Origin: Adineta vaga
Lineage: Eukaryota; Animalia; Rotifera
DNA length: 64,000 nt
Reading direction: 5' to 3'
Assembly (NCBI GenBank): GCA_021613535.1
Contig: CP075493.1
Coordinates: forward strand, 12,462,001-12,526,000
This document shows, one piece after another, positions 23,952 to 36,380 of this stretch. Made by a program: the position numbers and the translations under genes. Numbering within the stretch: position 1 is the first letter of the stretch; every line of letters begins with the position of its first letter. The notes under the pieces are model-generated. The model ran no database searches, was not told where the DNA came from, and saw nothing but the letters and a program-made list of their open reading frames with translations.

Positions 23952-24877
23952 GAACGAACCCCAAGAACCGAAACTAAAAAGAATAAGGAAAGAAGACATA
24001 GCTCCCGGAAAAGAAACGACTTGGACCACGGACTTCTTAGCCTACCTCTCTCTCTTTCTCCTTTTTATACAACAAGCCTTGGTTATTGTGTACTTTACTC
24101 TCTTCTTCTCAATTTCGTCAATCATTATCCTTTGATTTGTAAGCACTCCCGAGTGTTACAATAAATAGCTAAAACACACAACAGCAATTGCTTTTATCAA
24201 TTTTTTCAGCATTCTCTCCAAATAAACATGGTCCACAATAATATCTATAGACACATATTTCAATATCATCAGCACATCCAAATAATGTTTCTATAAATTA
24301 ATGAAATTGAACAAAAATGCACGTATGATATGAAAAACATCGTGTATACTGACCATTCCATTCCTTATTTTCTGTCATTGGACAAGTCTCAAACTTCTAA
24401 ATAAATCGTTTCTTTTTCTTCCTATGTGCAAAGTAAAGTAAAATGATCGGCTATATAACGTTATATATAGTTGAAGATCAAAACAAAACAATTGAAACAA
24501 TTCTCTTCCTTTTTCTTTACTTGGAAAGAAAAATAAAAACATCGAAATTGTATTACGAACGTAAAAAAATGATTTTAATTGCACGTTTTGTCAAAATGAT
24601 GAAATAAATGTTTGAATTCGACTAGACTTGGGCGAAATTCTGATATATTATAATTTTCAAAAACAGAAAAACACAGAATAGAACTGAATTAGTAGAAGTT
24701 TTTTATGTAAATAGTTCGAGAGAATATGGATAAGTGAACGGTTGATACTACAATCATGTTCTCAAGTTCGATGAATTGACAGGAACAATTAGAGAGGATT
24801 TATTTGCATGATAAAATGCTATTCATTCAAAAAAAGTATTATCAAATATTTATTGTCGTCAACATTATAAATACCAA

Positions 24878-25860
24878 TTAAGGCTGTATTGATACACTTG
24901 TTGTGATACTTATACTACCCCTTCCAGCCCATTTCGTCCAGAAGCTAACTGATAATTGTCGTCCAACTACAGTACTGTATGTCTGTTGCAGATAAGTCAT
25001 CGATGTTGCTCCATTATATATGTTATAAGTTCCACTATTTGGTGAATTTGCCTGAAGATAGCCGCCACAACCACTGCCACTCCAATATGGAGAACATGTT
25101 CTCTTTCGAAACCACCATTATACAACAGTTCTGTTGACGTTGTTGTATCTATAACAGATACGTCATCTAGATACGTAGATGCGGGGCTATTAATTACGTC
25201 AAATATTAATGTTTTACTTGTGCTCTGAGCTATATAAGATAATGTTACTTGAAAGTAACTACTTTGTGATGAACATGGATTATTCATGTACCATAATGTT
25301 GTAGGTTTAATAAAGAAAGAAAGAAATATATTCATAAAAGATTAAGCAATACAATTAATACGTTTTGATTCTATGTTTTATGTTTTCGATCTTCATTGTT
25401 AATTAATAGAATGAATATATTAACTCTATATGCTAATCTCACCTATTGTTGTCGTAGGTGAACCTATAAGTATAGAACAAATCAAGAGAATTCATCTACA
25501 GATTCTATCATCATATGCAATTCGTGTAAATACAAATTTGAAAGTACAAATATTGCTACAATATAGTTTTACTTACCAGCTGTTGTCGTTGTCGATGCAC
25601 GATTTATCATTGTAAAATAAATGGGTAAGAAAATTGCTAGTGTCAAGATGCACATTTCAACGAGACACGCTATAACGATCAGAAGTACAATATCTGCTCT
25701 TTTGCATCTATTTCAATGGAAAACTATGGAAATAAAAATCTTTTATCATTGAAAAATACAAACCTTCTTGCATCTTTAGTTTGAGACGATTGAGAATTTT
25801 TCTCAAGATCATCAAATAATCTCTCTATTTTTCTTGAACTCGATATACTTTAGTGTTCAT
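24878..25860 (-). pseudogene. Paralog of the 14116-15647 family (TM, micro-exons, ELLYNGGFE domain), frameshifted
   Basis: YLDDVSVIDTTTSTELLYNGGFE, then a frame change near 25100 into ...YLQQTYSTVVGRQLSVSFW...SIQP*. Upstream there are hydrophobic and Thr-rich small exons. Confidence 0.55.
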
Positions 25861-26430
25861 TTCTCAAAAAGAACTGTCAATTTACTTTTCGCTCGACAAA
25901 TGAACTCTAAAAGTTATCTCGGCAGTACAACTTAAGATTAGATATGAACTTCCCTTTGCTTAAGGAAGATCTCTCGTCTTTTTTTCTGTTATATTTATGA
26001 AATGATAAGTATAATAACATGCTGAATTATAAATACTTTTAATCAATCTTACTCGACTTGACGGAGCTAATGATATCGATTGATCGGCATATTTATTACT
26101 TCATGTACTTGATTTCTATCTGGTAATATGAAACAATTTCTATTCTTCTGAATATACTGTCGTATATTTCTTATTTAGAACCCAACTTGATTCTTTTGAA
26201 ATGCATAACTTTTTGATTGGAGTGATGATTTATCTTTGACCTTTGATTTCTAATAAATATCAAATGAAACGTTTTCCTATCAAAAATATGTTGCACAATC
26301 TTCTACTTACGAACATGATAATAAATCGATAATAAAAAATATATATATATAACGTATTGCTGCGTTAATATTCATTCTGTCTTTTCTTTTCATCTTATGA
26401 AAGTTTTAGTCAATCTGAAAATCTGAACAG

Positions 26431-26699
26431 ATGATAGAAATAGAACCTAAGAAGAAAAATCTATCAAATATACTAGTTCATTTGAATCAATCATGGAATT
26501 TAATTAAAACTGGGTATCCTATTCTTACATGGATTACAATGGTAATTTTCGGTATTTGATAAGATCAAACGAGTTTTTCTTTTCATATTTTAGGGCTTTC
26601 ATCTGGAATGAATCGGTTCGACTATGCCCATTCTTGCAGCGAATATTCAAGTTATACAAATAGTGGTATGAGTACAGTACTCGCATCAAGAAGTGCTTA
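26431..26699 (+). pseudogene. 5' fragment of MFS transporter (paralog of 41714-43457)
   Basis: LNQSWNLIKTGYPILTWITM|GFHLE*IGSTMPILAANIQV with the same intron position as the intact copy, then abrupt loss of similarity. Confidence 0.8.
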
Positions 26700-28184
26700 T
26701 TAAAATTTACACCTGATTATCAAAAAGGCGAAAATAGCAATTCAGAGTTAAAACAAAAGGTAGACACATCCTTGGAGAATGCATTCAATACGTCTACATC
26801 TACTTTTGAAGACAAACAAGCGCTGGTTGCTAAATTTCGTAGTAATTTGAAAAATGAGATTAAAGACGGTGAGTTTCATAAGAATTTGAGTGAAGCATTG
26901 AAAGATTTAGGGATAAAAAAAGAACAATTTGATAATGCAATAAAAAAAAGCTTTCACGAAGGCTATATGGAAAGCCATGATCTTTGACCTGCAACCCTGC
27001 GACAGACATACGGCGCACGGACAATTCGTCGCAACTGTGTTATAATTGATTAACATTGAAAAGTTCTCTCTTATTAGTTGACATAGATACAAATGTAATT
27101 CAATTAATAAGAAAACTACACCATTACCAACAATCCTGTTAGTAATATCAACTGAAACCCAATATTCTGGTGCTATTTCGAACAAGAAAATATCAACTAA
27201 TTTGAAAACATGACGCAAAATATTCCCAAAGTACCAAAAAGTGAAACAGAATTTAAACTACGAAAAGAATTTGTTAGACAGATTTTAAAAGAAAAACATT
27301 ATTCTATCAGACAAAAAGTTCATTTTGTTCTAAATATTAATAGGTTTTTCAATGTCGTCTATTGAGTAGAGATTCAAGCAAACTTCAGCTCTACGAAAAT
27401 ATTTTGCAAATGAGCTGATGGTCTTTATCATATTTCATTTAGTTAATATTCATCTCTTCATTTTAAAATGTTTTTTTTTTGTGAATGAAAATTCGAAGTT
27501 TTTTTCTTCAAATCCAGATTAGTTCGCAACAATAATAGTTATATGTAAAATGAGTATTATCTCCAAATATAGATTTTTGATAGATCACGGTTTCAGCTAC
27601 TACTGCTGCTTTATAGTATACATAATGAATTATCAAGAACTTCTTTTCTTATTTATCAAGTCTTAGAGTTTCCTTATTTACACGGTCTTCAATGAAAGCC
27701 TAATCACAGAAGCTATTTTATTCAGGATTGTGAGGTTTTCTTGACTTAATGTTTGTTAAGTTTGTCTTGTGCGTTGGACTTCATCGATTTTTTGAAAAAA
27801 TTATATTGTTTATGTTTTACAAACATAATCACTTTCGCGAGTGGTTTAACTCTCTCCCTCTCTCTACCTGTATATTTTGTTAATCTTGTTACAATTAATT
27901 AATTCTGCGACGAATTGTCCGTCGACGAGACACACCAACGAATTTTTATTTTTTCTTCATTTGTTTTCGACACAATATCCTCCTTTCAGTGGACGGGAAA
28001 AGATCCTGAGAAAATTTCGAAAAAATAACATCATATTCGTGTTCTATGATCCCGATTACTCTTTGGTTGAGTTTTATTCTGATTACTGAAAAAACTCATT
28101 TTATGACCTTTGACCCTGATACAGACAGACACACCTGTGACAATCTAAACGATTGTACACATTCTCTCCTTTTCTCTTTTCATA

Positions 28185-28461
28185 TGATGTGAGGTTCGTC
28201 CTTGACGCATACTTCTTTTCTTATACGGACATTTCGGATTGTACATGGTGTGTTGACACCTCATATCGTGTGGAGTATTTTTAACCTGTTCTAGATATAG
28301 AAACTCTATATACGCTTTAGCTTATCCCTATATTTGGATCGAGACTGTATCTTTCTGAGTCCTATATAAAGAACGAGGAAAGTACAGAATCGGTGCGATT
28401 TCTTACCAGAATAAAAAGGATTATATATATACATATTCTTACATTGTTCTGCATTACATCA
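28185..28461 (+). mobile_element. Possible solo LTR
   Basis: Termini TGATGTGA...TTACATCA, internal TATATAAAG (28363) and AATAAA (28410). No TSD found. Confidence 0.3.
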
Positions 28462-28514
28462 GAAATCGTCTGAACACCAACTTTTTTTTCATATCGCCCT
28501 TCTTTCAGCCGAGG

Positions 28515-29340
28515 GAATTAATTTAAGATAAACAGGTAGATGTGAAATACCACAAATGTTTCAATTTAATTTTAAAGATTTTAATAAGATTTTACTTTTA
28601 TTTTTATAATTCTCTAAATTATCTTCGATTTGATAAAAAATTTGCTGAATATATTCTTCAACATTTTCATCGGTAAAAACAGTTAAATCCATTTGGATTT
28701 TATATGAGCATTTATTTGAATATGAACGAGATGTTATTATATGGTGTGAAGTTTTTTATAATTTTTTAGATAAATCTTTAAGATGTTCAATAGTTTCATC
28801 ATATCCATCGAAAATTCAAATAGTTTTATTTAAATTGAAATATTTTTCTAATGATTCATTCATTTTATTTGATAAATTAAATTTATATATTTCTTTTTTT
28901 TGATAAGACCACGAAGAGAATTATTTTGTCCAGATAGATAACGATTTGTTATTAAACGATGTAATGGAATAGGAATAAGTAATTCATATTCTATAAAATA
29001 TTTTCTTGTTGTCTATCGATAAGCAACATGACGAGTAAATGTTGATTTACCAATTCCTCTTCGTTCAAAAATAAGTATTTGCTTATTTAAATTTTTAACA
29101 AAATTTAAAAATATTTTTAATATCGATTGTTGTTTTCCTTCCATAAATTTCTTCAAATGTATTTAAAATATTTTTCAGTTGATTTATATCTTGAAGTTGT
29201 TTTTCTTTTTCTTTTTGTTCTTTATTTGTTACAATTGATAAAGTAATATAACTTTTATATATTGATAGTGATGTTGATGGATTCTTTGATCGTTCGATAC
29301 GAATATTTTCCCGGATATTCTTGTTTTATCCATTCAAATA
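28515..29340 (-). pseudogene. NACHT/STAND NTPase relic (not in ORF track)
   Basis: Manual minus-strand reading gives LSIVTNKEQKEKEKQL, ILIFERRGIGKSTFTRHVAYR* (Walker A), YELLIPIPL, FDGYDE (Walker B), IITSR and GISHLPVYLKLI, with several stops and frameshifts. Confidence 0.8.
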
Positions 29341-30305
29341 ATTTATTCGATTCACTAAACTTATATATATATATATACATATATAGATGTCATTCAAGAC
29401 AATTCGAAGTTCACAATGTTTTCCCATCCATCGAAACAAGTTCATTCGATTCAAAATTTGATTCTGTATAGATCTGAATTAAATTTAGTGATATTAGCAT
29501 CACATCCATCAATATTGAAGGAGCAATTCTTGATGGGGACCTCTAGTTTCAGCATAAACCTCGTATTATTTCTAAAATGGGAGTCGGAACGATGAGCACA
29601 TGGGCATTTGAGCACACAAGAGTCTGAGTGAGGGTGAGGGCGAAAGTCGAGAAAAGGCAGCATCTATGTATTCCTTTATCCATTTTGATTCATATTTATT
29701 TTGTTCGGTTTTGATTTCCTCAATATTATGGATCTAAACGGTCGTGTGCTCGTCGTTTCCGCGCTTATCGTTCACGAACCTTCTAAAATAAAATAATATT
29801 CTTTCTTATGGTTCATCTTTTAAGAAAATCGAATTATTAAAGCTCAAGCATTTTATGAGACATGATCGTCTTTCAATAATTTTGCATGTGATCTTTTTTT
29901 TTTGGAAGCAAATCTATCGTATAGTGGCGCCCTCACTCGTGATATCTTTTATTTTTATATTAATAATATAAAATTAACTTAATGTATTTAGAATGAAATA
30001 TGTCTATTTCTGACTATATTCACATAGATAACGTAACAGAATGTTGAATAGTGACAATTTCATTGCTGCATTTTGATTGGTTTCTCCGGATGATATGAAC
30101 AGACGTTGCTCCTTGTTTCGCAGAATAAAGAAAAATTGAATAAAGTATTTCTGAAGAATATGAACAGAATTCTTTCTCAGTAACATATTGGTTTGTTTCC
30201 TTCTTTGATAACTTTTGAAATTTTCATTTATTTCTTCAGAAAAACTAATTGTTTGATAAAATTTATTCATTTTCTAGAGTAAAAAAAAGAATTTAATTAT
30301 TTCCA

Positions 30306-31881
30306 ATGTCTGAAAATCGTTCCACAACTAAGAGTCACGATTCATTTAATCAGAACGTTGTTAAAAAACGAATTCAAGATTTATATCCAGATGATCTTTC
30401 AGTACAAAATAATCCTTATTATATTCAATTATACAATCATGTAAAATCCTGGTTGTTCACAACGAATCTTTCTAATATCAATGAAAAAGATCTTCAATTA
30501 AATTTTCACCAAAATTGTATAAAGAAATGTGATCAACATATTAATAATAGATTGAAATATGCTGATGGTTTTAAAGGAACGATTTATAAAGCTGTATTTG
30601 GACGATTAATGCCTGATTTTTGTCTTGTTGATTATTATAATTCTCATGTGAAATCATCAACAAGTGGTTTAGATTTAGAATTTTTACCACTTCATATAGT
30701 TTCAGTTTTAGAATTAAAAATAAAATTGAAGGATTCAGATATTGGACAATTATTACATTATCTTCGTATTATATTAGATTATTCTCCATCATCACGTTCA
30801 TTCATCTTAGGTGCTATAACTGATTTTCATGACATACAATTTGCTGTAGTAACAAGATCAAATAATAATGATGAAATAGAATATGAAGCTTCAATAAGAA
30901 GTTCTCAAAATGAAGATGAACATTTATTACATTATTTAACAATGTTTCTTACAGCTGATTTATCAAAATTTGGTTATTATCGTGTAGAAGCATTACCTAA
31001 TAATATTCGTATTGATAATAAACTATTAGGTATTGGTGCAAATTCATTGGTTTTTAATTGTTATTTGATCAATGATCAATTAAATGAATATACTTTAAAA
31101 ATTAGTAATGAATCTGTTGATAAAGAAGTATCGATCTATGAAAAATTATATGTTGACAAATATAAAATCATTCAAGTTCATCAATATGCTTTTTTATTTC
31201 TTCATCCACCTGGTCAAATTCTATCCGAAGAAAATTTATTCAACAATATTCACGTGATATGGAAACAAATAAAAAAAGCACATACAAATAATCTTTTACA
31301 TCGTGATATTCGAAGATCAAATATTATCGAAATTTTTAATAATCAAACAAAAAGGTAAGACAAACAAGATTTCATTAATTTGGGTTTTTTTTCTTTTTAA
31401 ACATAGTAATGAAATTTTATTGATTGATTGGCATAGTGCAATTGAAATTGGCTCAAATGTTAAATATAGTGGAACATTATCTACTGCATCGAATTTTATT
31501 CTTGATAAATTATCAAAAAATTCAAATGAGACTATTCAATCTCTTCCAATCGATGATATTATTTCACTGATGAAAATGATTTTATTGGAAATTATTCCAA
31601 AAGGTTTTAAAAAGAATATTTTATCAGAAGTTCGACAACATTCATATACAGGAATTCGTTGTATTTACGATGAAATGAATGATTATTTTAAAAATAAACA
31701 ATTTATTACATTACAAATAATTAATTTATTAGAAAAACATCGTGAAAGTTTACCTAAAGAAAGATTGAATTATTTTATTGATAAATGTGTTGAAAAATAT
31801 CAATGTTTATTAGAATTAGAAAATCAACAAATAGATGTGAACTATTTCCATGATTTAATAAAAGAAATATTTCCATCTTGA
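30306..31881 (+). CDS. PD-(D/E)xK nuclease-like + atypical protein kinase (Crinkler/CR-effector-like), about 507 aa
   Basis: LMPDFCLV...VLELKIK...DIGQLLHY, then kinase motifs LGIGANSLV, TLKI, HRDIRRSNI, LIDW, YSGT and DDIISL. Intron 31355-31406 restores the frame. Confidence 0.78.
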
Positions 31882-32820
31882 TTATTTCTTGGTTATACTG
31901 TAAGAATCAATCTTTGAACTTAATGATCAAAATTAATTTGAATTCTTCTCAATCGAATTTATTTATTTCAATTGACTCGAACATATTTATCATTGAAAGA
32001 GGAAAACTATTTGTTAATATCTCAATTTTCAAACAATTCAACTGACAACGATTAAATTCTCAATGATTTCCAATAAGAAATCAATTTTCTTTGTATTCTT
32101 TCCTCGAACTATTGAAAATCTTATTTTCTTTTTCATTTATATCCGAAATAAACTCTATTGTTGTTGTTGTTTTTTATCCTACTTTCATACCTTACTGTCG
32201 ATTTAGTTCTAAGTTTTCTTTATGATTCTCTATATATTTCTATAAAAAGTTAAGGAAAATCTATATGTTCTTGATCATCTTACATTGATATACAAGAATC
32301 TATATTAGTAGAATATTATGTTTTGAAATTATTTCGAGGAAGATATTCTTTCAATCATGATGTGAAGGAATTTCTTAATTTAATCGACATATGGAATGAT
32401 GATGCTCGTTTTACAACAATGATTATATCTCTATAAATCTTTTATAAATTTATTAATATCTTTTCTATTCCGACAATTCACATATGTTCTTCTATATTAA
32501 AGAGACTATCGAAAAATAAACCTCCACATTGTTATTCGACTAGAATTCTTATGCAAGGAAAAATTCAAGGATGTATTCAAACGCGTTTAATGGAAAATGC
32601 CGAGCAAAGTAAGAGAAAACTTCCATATATGCATATTTTCTTTTCCACATTCTCCACCAAACCTTATTCAAAATTTTCATCATAAATTATGACTGTTTTT
32701 TTTTCAACATAGTTAAATATTATTATTCGCATTCACTCATACTTTCTAAATTGTCTGTTGGCATAAACACACATCGTTATTCTTATCTTTCTTCTCTTCT
32801 TCCAACATTCACGCTGTTAA

Positions 32821-35091
32821 GAGAGAGTCCGTGAGAGGAGACCCCTATTCTATGCATATCGCGCCGCGGAAAAAATTTTTTTTTTCGATTTTATTTTTTA
32901 AAATGAAAGGTCTGATTGAACTATATATAAATCCAAAATATTAGATCATTTGAACTTACCTATGAAAAATGCGAGCAAAAACACGTTTTATGGGTCAATT
33001 TTTATGCTGAAAAATGGATGAAGAATAATGTACTCAGTATTTTGACGATAACTCGCGATTGACTTGACTGTTTCAGGTCGGGGACGTCTCATTCGAGAGA
33101 GAATCATATAGGGTATAAGTCTAACTCATCAAAGTCTTTCATATATATAGTTTGGAAAATGCTGTAGGTCAAGAACCTCCTAGAACTCTCAATTTGGAAT
33201 ACTCCAAAATACCAGTATTTTCGACTTTTCTCGCACTGTGATAATGGTCGCACGCTGAATTTTTTACTGCAGATAGGTGACATGGAGACACATCTTTTTG
33301 TATAAGATCATCCCAGTCGGAAACACTCGGAAGTACTACTTAGTATGAGTCACACTGTAACTGACCGACAAAACTCGGATCGAAAAAACCCTCATATGAT
33401 ATGAAAAAATATTTCAGAGATAGAAGTAGACTTCAGATTCGGAATCAGCACGCAAAACTGCATTAGAAAATGTATTTTAAAATATTATTTTTCATGAATT
33501 TGAGGAGATGAAAATTTTGGGTTCCATCTATGAGTAAACTATCAATTTGCTATACTTATGCTGGCTTGCAATTCTCAAATGAAGAAAAATATTGATCTGG
33601 ACTTTTTTGCACACGAGAGACTAGATGCCTAGCTTTAAAACCACGTACTCTTCAAGCTTCGAAAGGTATGCTAATAAAAAGAACAGGTGAACCTCTTGAA
33701 CACGACCGAGGTTTCCGCACCACTCGGACCCCTTCTTTGTCTGAGACTGGTGATAATAGTTGAATTTTTATATACAAAAGTATCAGATTCGGAATCACCA
33801 TCAAAAAATACATCGACAAACATTGATTTCAATGGTTTTGCAGATAGTTCATTTTTTCATGAAAAATCTGGCCTGTAGCTCCCTCCAGGGAGGGGTCAAA
33901 AATGAAACTCTGTCAAAAACCTCTTTAGATGTGTTTTTCACATTTGGTTTTCATTCTATAGTTATTCTGAAAGTATCCGCATTATAATTTCACAGAGAAT
34001 GTATTAAATTTCCAACTTTCGATTTTTTAGGTAGCCCTTAGGGGGAGTACGGGCAAGATTTTTGATGAAAAATTTGCAGTCTTTAAAATTAACTAAAATT
34101 ATATAGATCAACTCAGTTTTTTATCCTGATCTCAAATCTGATGTTAGTTTTGCTTTAGTATTGGTTATTTCGAATAGTAAATGTACAATACGGACCCGAA
34201 ATGTTAGGGTTTGGGGGTTCTTAACAATCAGCCAGGATCTATCGATACCATCAAGAACCTTTGAACATTTGAAAATATGTGATTTCATAGTACATTTGAT
34301 TGAGCTTTTAATTGACACTAATTCGCCATTTATAAGTAGCACGATACATCGCCATTTCTTTGAATATCTTTCGCCTATTCATCGTTTACTCATAGATGGA
34401 ACCCAAAATTTTCATCTCCTCAAATTCATGAAAAATAATATTTTAAAATACATTTTCTAATGCAGTTTTGCGTGCTGATTCCGAATCTGAAGTCTACTTC
34501 TATCTCTGAAATATTTTTTCGTATCATATGAGGGTTTTTTCGATCCGAGTTTTGTCGGTCAGTTACAGTGTGACTCATACTAAGTAGTACTTCCGAGTGT
34601 TTCCGACTGGAATGATCTTATACAAAAAGATGTGTCTCCATGTCACCTATCTGCAGTAAAAAATTCAGCGTGCGACCATTATCACAGTGCGAGAAAAGTC
34701 GAAAATACTGGTATTTTGGAGTATTCCAAATTGAGAGTTCTAGGAGGTTCTTGACCTACAGCATTTTCCAAACTATATATATGAAAGACTTTGATGAGTT
34801 AGACTTATACCCTATATGATTCTCTCTCGAATGAGACGTCCCAGACCTGAAACGGTCAAGTCAATCGCGAGTTATCGTCAAAATACTGAGTACATTATTC
34901 TTCATCCATTTTTCAGCATAAAAATTGACCCATAAAACGTGTTTTTGCTCGCATTTTTCATAGGTAAGTTCAAATGATCTAATATTTTGGATTTATATAT
35001 AGTTCAATCAGACCTTTCATTTTAAAAAATAAAATCGAAAAAAAAAATTTTTTCCGCGGCGTCGTTGGGGTCCCCTATGGCGGACTCTCTC
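32821..35091. mobile_element. Non-autonomous foldback DNA transposon, about 720-bp inverted arms, TTAA TSD (Kolobok-like)
   Basis: TTAA at 32817-32820 and 35092-35095. Termini GAGAGAGTCCG / CGGACTCTCTC. Arms about 32821-33540 and 34384-35091 are near-identical. No transposase ORF. Confidence 0.92.
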
Positions 35092-35109
35092 TTAAAATCC
35101 TTTTTGCCA

Positions 35110-36380
35110 ATGGCAACATCAACTACTGATACACAATGTATCACTTGCAAAAAAGATACAAGCACATTTAGATGAGATGGATGTTTACAATCATTTTTTT
35201 CTAAGCATTTAACAGATCATCGACAACCATTGAGTTTACAATTGGAGAAAATTCAAGTTACTAAAGGGCTTTTTCGTCAGACACTTGCAAAATATTCCAA
35301 TAAACCTAATGAAAATCATCAACTCATTCAACAAATCAATCAATGGGAAGAAAATTCAATCAAGACAATTAAACAAACAGCAGAAGAAACAAGACAAATT
35401 ATACATAAATATACAAATGAAGCATTATCTAAACTTGAAATAAAATTAAATGAATTAACAAAACAACTTTGAGAAAGTCGAAAAGAAAATGATTTTATGA
35501 AAAGAGATCTTCAACAATGGAATCAACAATTAACTGAAATGAATAAAGAATAAAATATCCCAGCAAATGTTCGAATCACACAAAGTTCATTACCATTGAT
35601 AAAGAAAATCAATGTTGAGATAATTATGGGTAAGTTATGAGATTTAAAAAAAAAGAAAAAGAGAAGAGAATATATATGTTGATGATATTTGCGAATCAAT
35701 TTTGAAAGAATGATTAAAATGTGAAAATGATTTCTTAGGTATGGTTGAATATGTTTTCGTAGAATCGTTGGGTAAACCACAGATGAGTGTTGATGCAAAA
35801 TGGATACGAAATGGCATTACAATAGCTGGAGGAAATGGACAAGATAACAAAATTAATCAACTAAATCGTCCACACAGCATTTATATTGATAATGATGAAA
35901 CTATTTATATTGCTGATCGTGATAATCATCGTATTGTCGAATGGAAGATTGGAACAAAGAAAGGTCGTATAGTTGCTGGAGGCAATGAACCGGGAAATCG
36001 AAGTGATCAATTGAATCGTCCAACAAATGTGATTGTGGATGAAGAAACTGATTCTTTTATTATATCTGATTCTCAGAACAAAAGAATAATGAGATGGCCT
36101 CGTCAAGAAGAGAACAGTGGAGAAATCATTATTTTTAATGTTAGTTGATTTGGAATAACAATGGATAATGAAGGATATTTGTGATTGTGAGAAAGACGAA
36201 GTACGAAAATGGAAAATTGGTGATCGAAATGAAAAAATAGTAGCAGGTGGAAATGGAGATGGACAAGGAAGGAATCAATTGTCTTATCTTTTGGATTTGT
36301 CATTTGATCGACAAAATAGTTTGTATGTTGTTGATAGTAATAATCACCGAATACAAATATTTCATATGGAATCAAATTGA
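35110..36380 (+). pseudogene. B-box/coiled-coil - NHL (TRIM-NHL-like) gene, disrupted
   Basis: MATSTTDTQCITCKK..FR*DGCLQSF..KHL.DHR, coiled coil QQINQWEENSIKTIKQTAEE and NHL repeats, with several premature stops. Confidence 0.8.

Larger units (their letters stand above)
19020..24179 (+). mobile_element. Full-length non-LTR retrotransposon (Jockey/I-group-like), 5160 bp, 13-bp TSD
   Basis: TSD AACAGCAATTGCT at 19007-19019 and 24180-24192. The 5' end is CACTTTC. ORF1 and ORF2 are present. The 3' end is AATAAATAGCTAAAACACAC. Confidence 0.95.
18683..24378 (-). pseudogene. PLAC8/cornifelin (DUF614) Cys-rich protein interrupted by a LINE
   Basis: Removing 19020-24192 restores MTENKEWN|ETLFGCADDIEIC..YYCGPCLFGENAEKIDKSNCCFMC...RRTLRRKYGLQEDP..DCPATCFCAPCAICQEARFLK. 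Confidence 0.9.

Noticed and set aside
19496-24029. Antisense ORFs within the LINE (and similar shadow ORFs over NHL, GPCR and globin genes)
   Set aside because: They are short opposite-strand or off-frame by-products with no motifs.
33687-34460. Short ORFs inside the foldback element as a transposase
   Set aside because: All are under 100 aa with no DDE or zinc-finger motifs.
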